Origin: Eledone cirrhosa
Lineage: Eukaryota
Assembly: GCA_964016885.1 (NCBI GenBank)
Contig: OZ024741.1
Location: 62,558,001-62,622,000, forward strand
Length of the DNA stretch: 64,000 nt
Direction: 5' to 3'
Positions within the stretch are counted from its first letter, which is position 1. Every line of letters starts with the position of its first letter. Shown here in pieces: positions 37,983-49,312 of this stretch. Made by a program: the position numbers and the translations under genes. The notes beneath the pieces were generated by a model, which had not been told where the DNA came from, made no database searches, and worked only from the letters and a program-made list of their open reading frames with translations.

Positions 37983-40118
37983 ATCATCATCACCGTTTTA
38001 CGTCCGTTCTTCCACGCTAGCATAGGTTAGACGGGTTGTCCTGTTGTGGGCAGTGTCTGGTCGGCTGACCATGCCTTGCTCATACAGGAACTGATTTGGC
38101 TTGATTTCTACAGCTGGATGCCCTTCCTAAAACCAACCTCATTTACAGTGAGTGCTGGGTGCTTTTTCGTGGTGGCTACACGTCCACTTTACAGTGTCGG
38201 CTGGGTGCTTTTTTGCCGTGGCACCTCCACGACCACCTTGCGGTGGGGGGAGTGGGGGCATATTGTCTATATGCTTCAGCTTGTACCCATGGGAGGTCGG
38301 GTACTCTGTATTACTGCGTTACGCCAGAAGTCACGGTTGTATGTCATTGCCTTTGAGGTGTAATTGGGTAAGGTCGGCTTTTATCACCTCATCCCAGGTC
38401 ATCTTGGGTCCCCCCACTCCGCGGGTTCCATCAACTTCTAGTGCTCTGCACCTTTTTATGCAGCTGTCATCCTTCATACGCATCACATGTCCATACCAGC
38501 GCAACCGCCTCTCCTGCACACAGCATTTGATTCCTCTTATGCTCAGTCTCTCTCTCAATTCATTTATGCTTTGTCGTTCACGTATATTACTGTTACACAT
38601 CCATCGGAGCATGCAGGCTTCGTTTCTCTCTAATCTACGTAAGTCTTCCACCTTCAGCGCCCAGGTCTCACTACCATGCAACATTGCTGTTCGGATACAC
38701 GCATCATACAGTCTGCCTTTCATTCTGAGGGAGAAGCCTTTTGCAGCTAGCAGTGGTAGTAGTTCCCTAAACTTCTTCCATCCCGTTCTTACCCTAGTTA
38801 TTGTACTTTCTGAACACCCACCTCCGCTGCTTATTCGGTCACCTAGGTAGCAGAAGCTTTCTACTGTTTCTACAGAGCCCTCCCAGAGATTGGTGGTACT
38901 TGTTTCCTGTGGCTGTTTGCTGCTTGCTGTCTCATCACAGTTGCTGCATGTGAAGCCTACATTCTTAATTAAGCTTCCTGAGATCCTGCTACATCTCTTG
39001 TGTACCCATTGTTTGCATTTGGGGCAGAGAATGGAGTTCCTACCTACACCTTTCCTACATACTGAGCAAGGCCATTTCCCTGAGGGGATCTGGGTTCTGT
39101 TTTCTCGTCTACTTACAAGGACCTTAGTCTTTGTCATGTTGACTTTGAGACCCTTTCTTTCTAGTCCCTGCTTCCAAGTTTGGAATTTATTCTCTAGTTC
39201 TACCATAGATTCAGCTGAGTGCGAGGTCATCAGCATACAGGAGTTCCCATGGGCATCCGGTCTTAAACTCCTCCGTTATTGCCTGCAGGACTATGATGAA
39301 CAGGAGGGGGCTAAGAACAGAGCCCTGGTGGACCCCAACCTGTACGCTAAATTCCTCGCTATACTCATTGCTAATCCTAACTTTGCTGACTGCTCCCCTA
39401 TACATGGCTTGTACCACTTTCACAAGCCATTCATCTACTCCTAGTTTTCTAAGAGCCCACCAGATTACAGCACATGGAACTCTGTTAAAGGCTTTCTCAA
39501 GGTCGACAAATGCCAAGTAGAGTGGCTTACTTTTAGCTAGGTACTTTTCCTGTAATTGCCTCACAAGGAAGAGGGCATCAGTGGTGCCTCTTCCTGGTAC
39601 AAACCCAAATTGCATCTCGTCTATTTCCACCCGGTCCCTAATCAACTGTGCTATAACTCTTTCTGTTACTTTCATGACCTGGTCCATCAACTTTATACCT
39701 CTATAATTTCCTCTATCTAGTGCATCACCTTTACCTTTGTAGCAGTTGACAATGATGCTACTGCACCAATCTTTTGGTATGACACCTTCTAGTATTACCT
39801 GGTTAACAATACGTGTGGTTATAGTGTGACCTACAGACCCAGATGCCTTCAGCATCTCGGCAGCTATACCCGATGGACCGGTTGCCTTCCCCATCTTCAT
39901 ATCTTTGATTGCCTTACTTACTACGTTGCTGCTGACTTGTACTGCTGGCCCCTCTATAGGGTCTACTTGGGGTAGGGTCTCTTCTTTCCATGCCTGTCTC
40001 TTGGCCTTAACTGCTTCATCTACCTTATTGTTCCACCACTAAGTCACTCTCCTCCTGCTTGAGGTCTTACTCCAGCCACAGACCTCATCCGTCGCCTCTA
40101 GTAAATTATTTTTTAGGA
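37983..40118 (-). mobile_element. 5'-truncated RTE LINE (RT + PHD-like finger), related to 30877-34466
   Basis: ORFs 39211-39900 (YADD) and 38331-39236 separated by a frameshift; internal deletion near 39990 joining AKRQAWK to EETLPQVDP; tail ending near 37983. Confidence 0.93.
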
Positions 40119-40130
40119 AGGGATATACGA

Positions 40131-40507
40131 TATGAAGGGATATACAATATGTTTATGTATAAAAACATATATAAGTCTTGTATTGAATGTTTTGAGCTGT
40201 AATCTTATTACAGCTATCTCAGTAGCTGTGTGAGAAAAACAGACACTAATGTTTCATTGTCAATAACGTTTACAACTTCGGTACTGGGACAAGAATAAGC
40301 TATAGTATATATACTTTTTGAGTATATATACTATAGCTTGATATGCCTATTTGAATATAGTGTGATGATAGATAACAATCTTGAAACACTGGTCTGATGT
40401 TCTCCCACAGTTACTGGGATAGCTGTGAAATGATCATAGCTCAAAATATTCATAGTGAGACTTATATATGTTTAATATAGATAAACATATCACGCATGCC
40501 TTCATAT
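40131..40507. mobile_element. Fold-back MITE with diverged ~125-bp TIRs and a central palindrome
   Basis: Arms ~40131-40256 and ~40382-40507 are approximate reverse complements; central aagctatagtatatatact/agtatatatactatagctt. Confidence 0.65.
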
Positions 40508-40535
40508 ACATCTCTATTATGAATCATGCAATATT

Positions 40536-40772
40536 CAGACCTGTCAACAATCCCTGACCAAGGGGCTGATTTGCAATAGCCTTTTGGGTGGGTGAGAGAT
40601 GTCTTCTTTTGTGAAAATAAGTATAGCTTTCATTATGTGGTGAATTGGCAGTATTGGGAGAGGGTCGGACACCATGCTTTCTAGCATAGTTACGTCCCTT
40701 TACAGTCTGAGTTCAAATCCCGCCGAGGTTAACTTTGCAGAGGTTGGCAGGTCTAGAGGTTGGCAGGTCTGT
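40536..40772. mobile_element. cagacctg-TIR MITE interrupted by a truncated CORE-SINE (~40638-40738)
   Basis: TIR cagacctgtcaa / ttggcaggtctg; matches 48377-48571. Confidence 0.7.
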
Positions 40773-40873
40773 ATATTAGTGCTACTGTTAATAACAACAA
40801 GATGAAATATAGATAGAAACAAATAAAGATAAATAAAGGATATTCAATATTAAAAGAAAAAATCATTGCTTAC

Positions 40874-40991
40874 TGGTTGGAAATAGATGAAGACTTTAGG
40901 TGCTTCATTAATTAGGAACACTGTACCAGCGTTATGGCAAACAGCTAAACCTGTTAGGGGTACACATGGTTAATTATCAGTGTATGATTTA
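40874..40991 (-). pseudogene. NOL10: NOL10 pseudogene, internal exon
   Basis: KSYTDN*PCVPLTGLAVCHNAGTVFLINEAPKVFIYFQP then gtaagc; compare recalled NOL10 GKIFTSLEP...SGMLLTANETPKMGIYYIP. Confidence 0.75.
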
Positions 40992-41071
40992 CTATGGCAA
41001 CAAGAGGTCTAAAGACAGAAAGCATATAATTATATAATTGATATTAAAATCTCTTTTTCTTCTGTAATTAA

Positions 41072-41291
41072 CCCTTTAATATTTAAACTGGCCATATCCA
41101 GTCAGAATTCTCTCACCTCTTTCTTTCAAACTGGCTGTAATTGGCCACTCATCCTGATGTTAAGGTATTGTTCTTAAAATAAATAATATCAAAATCTCAT
41201 AGATTCAATATTATGTGAGATAATTATGTGAGGTAAAGCCTTTACTGTGAAAATATGATAATAAATATAGAGTAATGAAAATGCTAAAGGG
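41072..41291. mobile_element. piggyBac-type MITE (second copy)
   Basis: TTAA-cccttta...taaaggg-TTAA; similar to 29831-30048. Confidence 0.82.
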
Positions 41292-41435
41292 TTAATGAGA
41301 TATTTCTCATTTTTGTCTGTTTCTCTATCATATTGGAGTTTGATATCATACCTGAGTGAATACATCCAAACAGAGTGTGTGAGCAAGATCAAGTCATCTG
41401 ACAAGCCTGGCCTCAGTAACTGTGAGCCCATCTAA

Positions 41436-42043
41436 CAAATGCATCATCAGAATTTGCATCACCAGTCAGGAACTCCTATCTTCCTCAGAACATTGACCTC
41501 CTGGAGACTGTTCAGAGACATGCAACCAAGCGAATACCCTCCATCAGGCATCTACCATACTCTGAACACCCCTTGCTTCCCTGGGCATGAATACATTGAC
41601 GCTCCAACATCTGGCAACTGAGTTGGTAAACACCCACAAAATTACTAACCATCTTGCCAACAACAACACTGTGCAACATTTTGATTTCCATGTGTCTAAC
41701 ACACGTGGGCATGCCTACAAAGTCAGAAAACAGCACAGCTCCCATGACTTTCGGAAACATTTTTTCACGCTCAGAGTTGCTGAAGCATAGAACAAACTAC
41801 CTGCATCAGTTGTTAGTTGTCGAGACACTGCATGCTTTAAAACCTCCATGCTTCCTGAGATTCGCCAACACTACACCTGGTGTGCCCCCTCCATACACAC
41901 GCACACATGTATTTTATGACTCGTACACTGTTCATTTTCCTGACATTTGAACATTATTCTATGTACTATACATGCACCTTTGATGAGTTGTAGTGCACCT
42001 GAGCACTGTACACAATAATTTCATTATTATTATTATTATTATT
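41436..42043 (+). mobile_element. CR1-like LINE 3' fragment with (ATT)n tail
   Basis: NTRGHAYKVRKQHSSHDFRKHFFTLRVAEA*NKLPASVV is typical of a CR1 C-terminus. Confidence 0.85.
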
Positions 42044-42336
42044 TTAATGCAAGCATGGAAAATAGATATTAAATGGTGATGATGATGTAGGTAACTATAT
42101 GTAGTGTTCAGGTCATGTCTAGCAGAGTGTACCCTTTCTAACACAATTTGTCAACAGCAGAAATCACAGGAATGAGGAATAACTTAGCTGAGATTGATCT
42201 TGTGTTGAATTACTTCAGTAGGAGCTAACCATCATTCTACAATGCTCTCACATCCATCAAAATATATGTAATATAAAAACAAATATATCCAATATATTAA
42301 AACAAAAACAAAAATCAAAACATTTTGGCATATTAC

Positions 42337-42450
42337 CTTAGAATAATCTTCAGAAGGTATATTTGTTTTCAGAACTTCTCTATCCAGGCCTCACTCAAAT
42401 TCCATTGACATTTGTCAGGTCATAGCAATGAACCCAAGGTTTATATGAAC
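42337..42450 (-). pseudogene. NOL10: NOL10 pseudogene coding exon 4
   Basis: tgtag acceptor, AAG/gtaata donor; SYKPWVHCYDLTN-(2-nt deletion)-SMEFE*GLDREVLKTNIPSEDYSK vs recalled GTYKPRVRCYD...KFERCLDSEVVTFEILSDDYSK. Confidence 0.85.
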
Positions 42451-43089
42451 CTACAGCACAAATAAGAATACCAGTGAAATAAAACAACAAATGTAAATAA
42501 TTACTAGAAACACAAAAGGTTGGGTTTTAACTAAGTTCCATTTTTTATCAATTAAGTAGATGAAAAGAAAAATAAATACGTATCTGGGCAATGACACCTA
42601 TCGACCTCATGTAAATTCCCAACTGGTCTATTACCAACAGCTAGGTTAACAGAACTGTGTAAATATAAATGTTTGGTTCAAATAAACATCAACAAACCTG
42701 TATTCTTGCTATACTATCCGCAAAGCTTTTATAGCTGGTCAGAGATCTAAAATTATATTAATTTACATTTTAACTTATAATAATATTTGCAGCAAGACTA
42801 AGTATCTTTACATGTACAAAAGGGGTTCACTATACTACTGGTACTTTTCTTTAAACATTTAAATTTAGAAAGATGAAAATTAAAGTTGAACTTGGTCAAA
42901 TTTGAACTTAGACTATAGAGAGATGAGAGTAAATAAGGCTGTAGTACATTTCTACATTGTAATTGAAACTGTTTCACCTTCATTACTAATATCCTAGCAT
43001 ATGGATGATCAACACAACTGCGTATTTGATCTTTCATCCAAACACTCACAGTATCATGTCTATATGCAAAGAAACCATTGTTTACTAAC

Positions 43090-43194
43090 ATGTGACATAA
43101 ATATGTGTGTCATCTTGTGTAATACTGATAGTTGAGCTCAGGTAAGCGTTGGTATTTCCAAATTCTGGATTAACTCAATTTGTTTAGTCTATAT
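43090..43194 (-). pseudogene. NOL10: NOL10 pseudogene coding exon 3
   Basis: cttgttag acceptor, gttagt donor; QIELIQNLEIPTLT / STISITQDDTHIYVT vs recalled RIELIQDFEMPTVCTTIKVSKDGQYILATG; frameshifts. Confidence 0.85.
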
Positions 43195-43928
43195 CTAACA
43201 AGATAAAGAAACAAATAGATAAATAATCTACAAAAGAAAATAATTATTAACATCTTCATCTATTATCTAGAAAACTTCTAACAATATTTGTTCTTCATTG
43301 ATATTTGAGGTACTAAATGTTTCATGTTGTTGTTTAGCCTCAGACCAGCTCTCATAAAACAAAACTTGTCTTTTTAGGGGTACATAAGACTACATTATCT
43401 AATATATTGTTGCCTTATTTAAGATGTTAAAGTGTGACTTGAGGGAGATTTGGATGCCATTTTTAGCAGGTCAGTGACCAGATAGAAGCTTCCTTGCTGT
43501 GATGAAATATTGCATGTTATCTTTTACTTCTAGCAGTAAGACTGTTATGTATGAATGAGAGCCAGTTGTGTATGTAAAGAAGGTTGGTCTGGGAACTCTT
43601 TTCTTATCTATTGTTAAATATAGGAGTTATTTATCAGTAAGAAGTCATGATATATATAAAGGTGTTTATTTAGCTGCTTCTCATGACAGTAGTCTCACTT
43701 AGGGATCCAGAGATGGTTGCTACTGATAGTACCCTCAGAAGTGCATGTTAAGGACTGTTCCCATGACCGCTCATAAAGTCGTATGTGTAAAAGTGTTCAG
43801 TATAGGGTTTCTGTTGGCATCTATTTTTAAGTAGAGGGACTATAAAACATTAGTAAGTGTCAGATATATATGTAAAGATGGTTGATCATGATCTAGTGTT
43901 TCTTTTGACACCTATTTTTAAATATTAA

Positions 43929-44165
43929 CCTTTTGATACCAAATTGACTGAAATCGGCACTGGTTCTGTGATACAAACTGTCCATTTTAGATTGTTTATT
44001 ATTTATTTTACAAAGTTTCATCAGAATTTTATATATGAACTTTTGTGAAAATATCTTCCAAACACCAGAGAACATTAGTTAAATCCCTCTAAATTCTTCA
44101 TTATTTTCAAAATTATTTGAAAACCATAGACAATGTATTTCATTAAAAATATGTTAACAAAAGGG
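43929..44165. mobile_element. piggyBac-type MITE (different family)
   Basis: ttaa-ccttttgatac ... ttaacaaaaggg-ttag. Confidence 0.6.
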
Positions 44166-44670
44166 TTAGAGGTTGTTAAATATGAGCAAAGGGTATGCAT
44201 ATGTGGTGCCCAATTTGTAGTTTTTATCATAACAATGAACATTTTCACAACAATCTATGCACTAGTAAGTATACTATAAACATTTGAATTAATTCTAAAT
44301 GTCTTGTTCCAAATAAAACCACATTAGCAAGATAAAAAACAGAACTATGATTGCATCAAATTAAAATTAAAATCTTTAAACTAATACTGCAAATTTTCAT
44401 AATTTCTCTTCAATGGTAAAGATACTATAAACATTTGAATTAACAAACCTATTTTTAGATATTTTCTTCTAAATTAATACAGGATGTTAACAAACATGTT
44501 TTTAGATATTTCGTTAAGAATAAACAAACATGATTTTATATATTTTTTGTGAATTCATTTTACAGGGTTAATAATTAAGAAACACATTTTAAAGATATTT
44601 TCTGTTAAATCATTATAGGTGGTTAAGAGTTAATTTCATAATGGAAAGACCAGAAGGGATGGTAACACAT

Positions 44671-44715
44671 CAAGATTATTCTGTTGAAACTTGTTTTTTT
44701 TCTGTTGGTGAGCCA
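44671..44715 (-). pseudogene. NOL10: NOL10 pseudogene coding exon 2
   Basis: tttccag acceptor then WLTNRKK-(1 nt short in A-run)-KFQQNNL vs recalled WLSDRKKRALQKKDV; expected donor GT reads AT. Confidence 0.75.
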
Positions 44716-44890
44716 CTGGAAATGAAAACACATGAACAGGGTTCAAAAGTTATCAATAATATTAACTAATAATGAGATTGCGAGATTCTCCCATTTTCTA
44801 AATATGTGAGCAATTCTCACCTAGCATTTGTCAATGAATAGAAGAAACTATGTGAATAGGAATAGTTGCTATTATTTCATCCAAGGTCAG

Positions 44891-45105
44891 GGCAGTAGAT
44901 TGGCAGTATTGGTGGAGCGTCGGACAACATGCTTTATGGCATATGGTTACGGCCCGTTATGATCTGAGTTCAAATCTTACCAAGGTTAGCTTTGCCTTTC
45001 ATCCTTACAGGGTCGATAAATAAAGTACCAGTAATGCACTAGAGTCGATTAAATTGACTTTCCTCTCTCCCAAAACTTTTGGCTTTGTGTCTAAATCAGA
45101 AACCA
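44891..45105 (+). mobile_element. CORE-type SINE
   Basis: gagttcaaatc B-box, tttgcctttcatccttacagggtcgataaataaagtaccag. Confidence 0.85.
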
Positions 45106-45914
45106 AGGCCAGACATGACTGAGTAGACCTATGATCAAATGTATTCCAGTCATGATTATCTATTTCTCTTGAGTATTGTGTATCTAAGACTAGATCATAC
45201 CATGTATTCTTGCCTTTTCATGACAGTACAGTATATGTTGATTAACAATTGGTTGCTATTTTTATGTGGCTGAGTAAATGCATAGAGGAGAATTAGCAGA
45301 GTCATTAGAGTTGGGCTACCGACAATGAAGTTTTTGTCATTGTTGGTGGCTTGTCTTACTGAGGTATCCAGTATGCCCATGTGGGTTAATGGTTGTTCCA
45401 GTGCCTTAACCTCCCTATCATGTGTGGTAATGCTTCTTGGCTCAAAAAATATTGGTGGGAGGTTCCAGCACCTCTTGTGATATGTGACCAATTGACAAGT
45501 GTTGAATTAATATTTTCTTTCATTTTTATTTTATATTCTTATGTGAAATATTTACAAATTAAGAAATTCTTGAGAAAGCTGGATAACAGAAGGTCTTCAG
45601 AGAAGAAGTCCCCTCATGCAATTGTTTTGATCCTTGATTTCTTATACTTCAAGGAAGCCAGGTCGCATTCAAGACATGACTCCTGAGTGCCCTTCTACTG
45701 ACAACTTTTAGTTACTTGAATATTAGAGGGTTGTGCATTTAAACCGTATGGGGAGTCTGATCCTCCTCGACAAGATTTGGCAGGAACTTCTTTCCATTGC
45801 ATTTGCTTTCAAATTTAAATTCTTCCTTGAGTTGTGTTGGAAAAATAACGTTGAAAATCATTGTAACGATGAAATAACAACAGTATCACCTCCACCATGA
45901 TTCACTAGTGTTAT

Positions 45915-46769
45915 ATAGGGTGTTCCCTAAATCACTATATACTTTTTTTTTCTGTTTCTTTTCAGATATCAGTCAGAGAAACATGAGGCCATCAGCATTT
46001 AACAGCTTAGGCTTTGCAGTTTTTGTCAGCACATCATTCCCCTGCCCATGGCTCACCAATTGACGTTGGAGCAGCATTGCAAAATTGCCATCTGGCAAGA
46101 AGTTTTACAGACCTTGACAGCAGTTCAGCACCAGTTTGAAAAGCTTTATGGTCATCACACTGCTTTAATGAGTAGTACAATTTACACTATCCATGACAAG
46201 TTTCTCAAAACAGGATCTGTTCTTGACAAACCATACAGAGGAAGATCTGCTCCCACCACTGCTGATGAAAACACCAAACACCTGGAGCAGGTTTCATGAA
46301 AAATAAGGAAAAGTTCATCCGGAGGGCTGCATTGGAACTCAAGATCAACAATGGCTCAATCAGCAGATGCTTCAAAGAGTGTCAAACAAGTAAATGACTC
46401 CTCCACCATTACCAAAACGGCCCTAAATTCTTGGAAAAGTTATGGTCCAGTGATGAATCAATCTTTCATCTCTTTGGTCGAGTAAACCCAAATAACTGTC
46501 GAATTTGGGGAAAATCAAACCGGGTAGCAATTCTCGTCTGAAAGTGGCTGAAGGTTGTCAAATTTGGGGAAAATCAAACCCAGCAGCAATTCTAGTCTGA
46601 AAGTGGCTGAAGGTTGTCGAAAATGGAGGTATACAACTAGTTTTCAATACATTGAAACATGCTATCAAGTTTAGCGAGTAAAATGCTAGGACTCCTTTGT
46701 TGATGCAGTTTCTTGTGCAATTTTGAAGAATTTTTAAAAAGTGTTTAGTGACTTTTGAGACACCATGTA
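45915..46769 (+). mobile_element. Decayed, internally deleted Tc1/mariner-superfamily DNA transposon
   Basis: HTH-type KFLKTGSVLDKPYRGR, RRAALEL, WSSDESIFHLFGRVNPNNCRIWG; approximate TIRs tatagggtgttccctaaatcacta / tagtgacttttgagacaccatgta; ~59-bp tandem duplication at 46498-46615. Confidence 0.8.
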
Positions 46770-46772
46770 TAT

Positions 46773-46962
46773 GCGGTGGATTGGCAGAATCGGTAGAGGG
46801 TCGGACGCCATGCTTTGCAGCATAGAGTTATGGCCCTTTAGAGTTCGAGTTCAAATCCCGCCGAGGTTAACTTTACCTTTCATCCTTACGAGGTCGATAA
46901 AGTAAAGCATCAGTAATGTACTGGAGTAATTGCTGACCTTGTGCCAAAAGTAAAAACAATTA
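46773..46962 (+). mobile_element. CORE-type SINE
   Basis: gcggtggattggcagaatcggtagag head, B-box, core. Confidence 0.88.
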
Positions 46963-47097
46963 TTTGTGCACATTTTTATTCTCTAAGAATTAGTTATATA
47001 TATATTTGTACTGTTGTGTCAGTATAATCAACCATAATATCCGTACACACACACATATACACACACGTGTCTGTGTCTGTACACACACACACACACA

Positions 47098-47136
<39 letters not shown>

Positions 47137-47485
47137 CTGTATATATCTTCCCCTATAGCTCTTTACAATTTTCACACACACACACACATGCATTACCTAT
47201 CTCAGTTATGTTGCTACAATAAGAACTTCGCTTTCAATCCCAAGGTTCGGAGTTCTAACTTTACATTTGTTTTTGTAAATAGTTATTTCTCCAAATTTAC
47301 CCATGCATTTAATCCTGTATATCATTTCTACACATGAATATATGCTAAAGTATTATAAAGTGATACCACTGATCACCAGTACAGTTAATCTAAAACACTA
47401 CTATGTGAATGTTACGAAAGTTTTACATGCAATGATATCGTAGAAAAATTAATTTATAGAGAAATAAAATTGTACAATTATTCAC

Positions 47486-47551
47486 CCCAGGAAGAGATTC
47501 CCCCTCGCTCCAGTTGTATATTTTCACTTCATTAACCTAAGAAAATTGCAT
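47486..47551 (-). pseudogene. NOL10: NOL10 pseudogene first coding exon (66 nt)
   Basis: MQFS*VNEVKIYNWSEGESLPG then gtgaat; vs recalled MQVSSLNEVKIYSLSCGKSLPE; TAG at codon 5. Confidence 0.88.
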
Positions 47552-47999
47552 TTCAGAAACATAAGCTTCTTGTTTAATGGAACTATATACAATAAATAAA
47601 CATGTTACAATTTATTTAGGTGTCACGTAGAAGTTTTCTCTGCTAGTAAAATCTTCCGGCTTATGGGATATAACTATGTGCTGAAGCAAGCAATATAGGC
47701 TAAATTTTACGGGGGGGGGGGGGGGGGGGGTTTGTGTGTGTTTCTGCTTTCTTTTTTGTTCGTTATTTTTTTTATCACCTGTATTTGAATAAATTTTATT
47801 CAATAAATTTCAAGTGTATTATATAATAGTTGCAATTAAAAAAGAAAGAAAAAAAATTAAAGAGTGAAAGTAAGGGAAGAGGAAGAAAGCGGCACAGTCT
47901 ACCCCCTCAGACTAACTAGTGTATGTAAATTGCACTCTGTGGGCAAAAGTGGCTAAGGCATTGCCGTGGGGCACAACCAGTGACACTAACTTCATTGGC

Positions 48000-48270
48000 T
48001 ACTCCACTTCACAGAGCTCGTTCTTCAGGAGGTGTGCACTCCTCCCAATTTTGCCGAGAAAAATGGCAGCTCGCGAACCGAAGACACCAGAGCTCTTGAC
48101 GGCGACTTGGAGGCAGAGAACTTGTAGTACATGGCGTACCTGATTAGAGTTGTAACTCCCTCGTACCAAAATAGGGATTTCCCGTCTTGATATTTACCAT
48201 TTCTAATATCGAGGTGAGTGGAGGAAACCAAACTCGCATTGTGACGACAAGTGAGCAGGTAGTCCGAAAT
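48000..48270. promoter_or_regulatory. CpG-richer segment upstream of the NOL10 pseudogene; possible bidirectional promoter / first exons
   Basis: YY1-like aaaatggcagc near 48060; plus-strand donor GAG/gtgagt at 48213; minus-strand donor CAG/gtacgc near 48140. Confidence 0.35.
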
Positions 48271-48376
48271 TGTTAATTTGTGAAAGAATTGTATTGTCTT
48301 AATTATTTTCGCTGAACGATGGGGATACTTGAAGAATGTTAAGGTTTAATGCATGTTATCATGGGTGTGTATATTG

Positions 48377-48571
48377 CAGACCTGTCAATTCTCCCTGTCC
48401 GATGGGGAGATCCCCCACCCCCTTAGGGGTGGGTGAGAGATATCTTCTCTTGGGAAAATGGGTATAGCTTTCATTATGTAAAATTTCCCCATTTTACATC
48501 ATTCCTCCCCGTTTTGGAGCACGTATTTTCATGGTACTCCCCGTTGGGGTTTTTAGAGGTTGGCAGGTCTG
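48377..48571. mobile_element. About 195-bp MITE with cagacctg(t/c)caa TIRs
   Basis: TIRs at both ends; relatives at 40536-40772 and 53490-53801. Confidence 0.8.
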
Positions 48572-49139
48572 ATACATTTATAGCGTTGTTGTTTTAGTCA
48601 CAGCTCTGTCCTGATTCAGCACACCTATGTTCAAAGATAGCAATGGCTGGAATACCTTTGATCATAGATCAACACAATCAGTGTATACCTAGAACTAAAT
48701 ACTTATTTGTTATAAGCATTAGACTTCTTTATTTAATGTATTCACCTTTTCTAAAGACGGTAAAGTGTGGTTTGAAGGATATTTAGCTGCTTTTTCTTGC
48801 ACATCAAACAATCAGGTAGGGGTTCGGTGGGAAGGTTAGAATGTAGATTGTATTTATTCGTTCCTCACTCCTATTTAAAGGTATAATATGAGTTAGTGCA
48901 AAGAGGGAATTTGAGCGATATTTAACATAAGGGCAGTGGTACGTGGAATGTATTATAAAATTTAAATTACTCCCTTTACGCTTTGTATTTAAATTTTACC
49001 AAGAACATCTAGTTTTTCTCACGCCTTTAGTGGTAAATAAAATAAGCTTTGTTAAGAAATTGATAAAAATGAGTATGTTCCTTCTCTCCAAATTTGTGAC
49101 TTAGTCTCATTGTGAGAAATATATATTTTAAATATTTAG

Positions 49140-49312
49140 GAGTTCTAGAGAAGCGCCGGACAACGTGCTTCGTTCTGAATTCAAATCCCGCTGAGGTTAG
49201 TTTTGTCTTTCATCCTTACAGAGTTGATAAAATGGAGTACCAGTATGGGGTCGATTTAACTGACTTTTCCTACCACTAAAATTGTTAACCTTGTGCCTAA
49301 ATCAGAAACCAT
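49140..49312 (+). mobile_element. Older CORE-type SINE
   Basis: aattcaaatcccgctgaggttag...ctttcatccttacagagttgataaaat. Confidence 0.7.

Noticed and set aside
31713-39520. Long antisense ORFs (31713-32102, 38152-38850, 38890-39444 etc.)
   Set aside because: Shadows of RTE coding sequence
42798-43091. 97-aa ORF MLVNNGFF...
   Set aside because: Begins at the NOL10 exon 3 donor and lies in the intron
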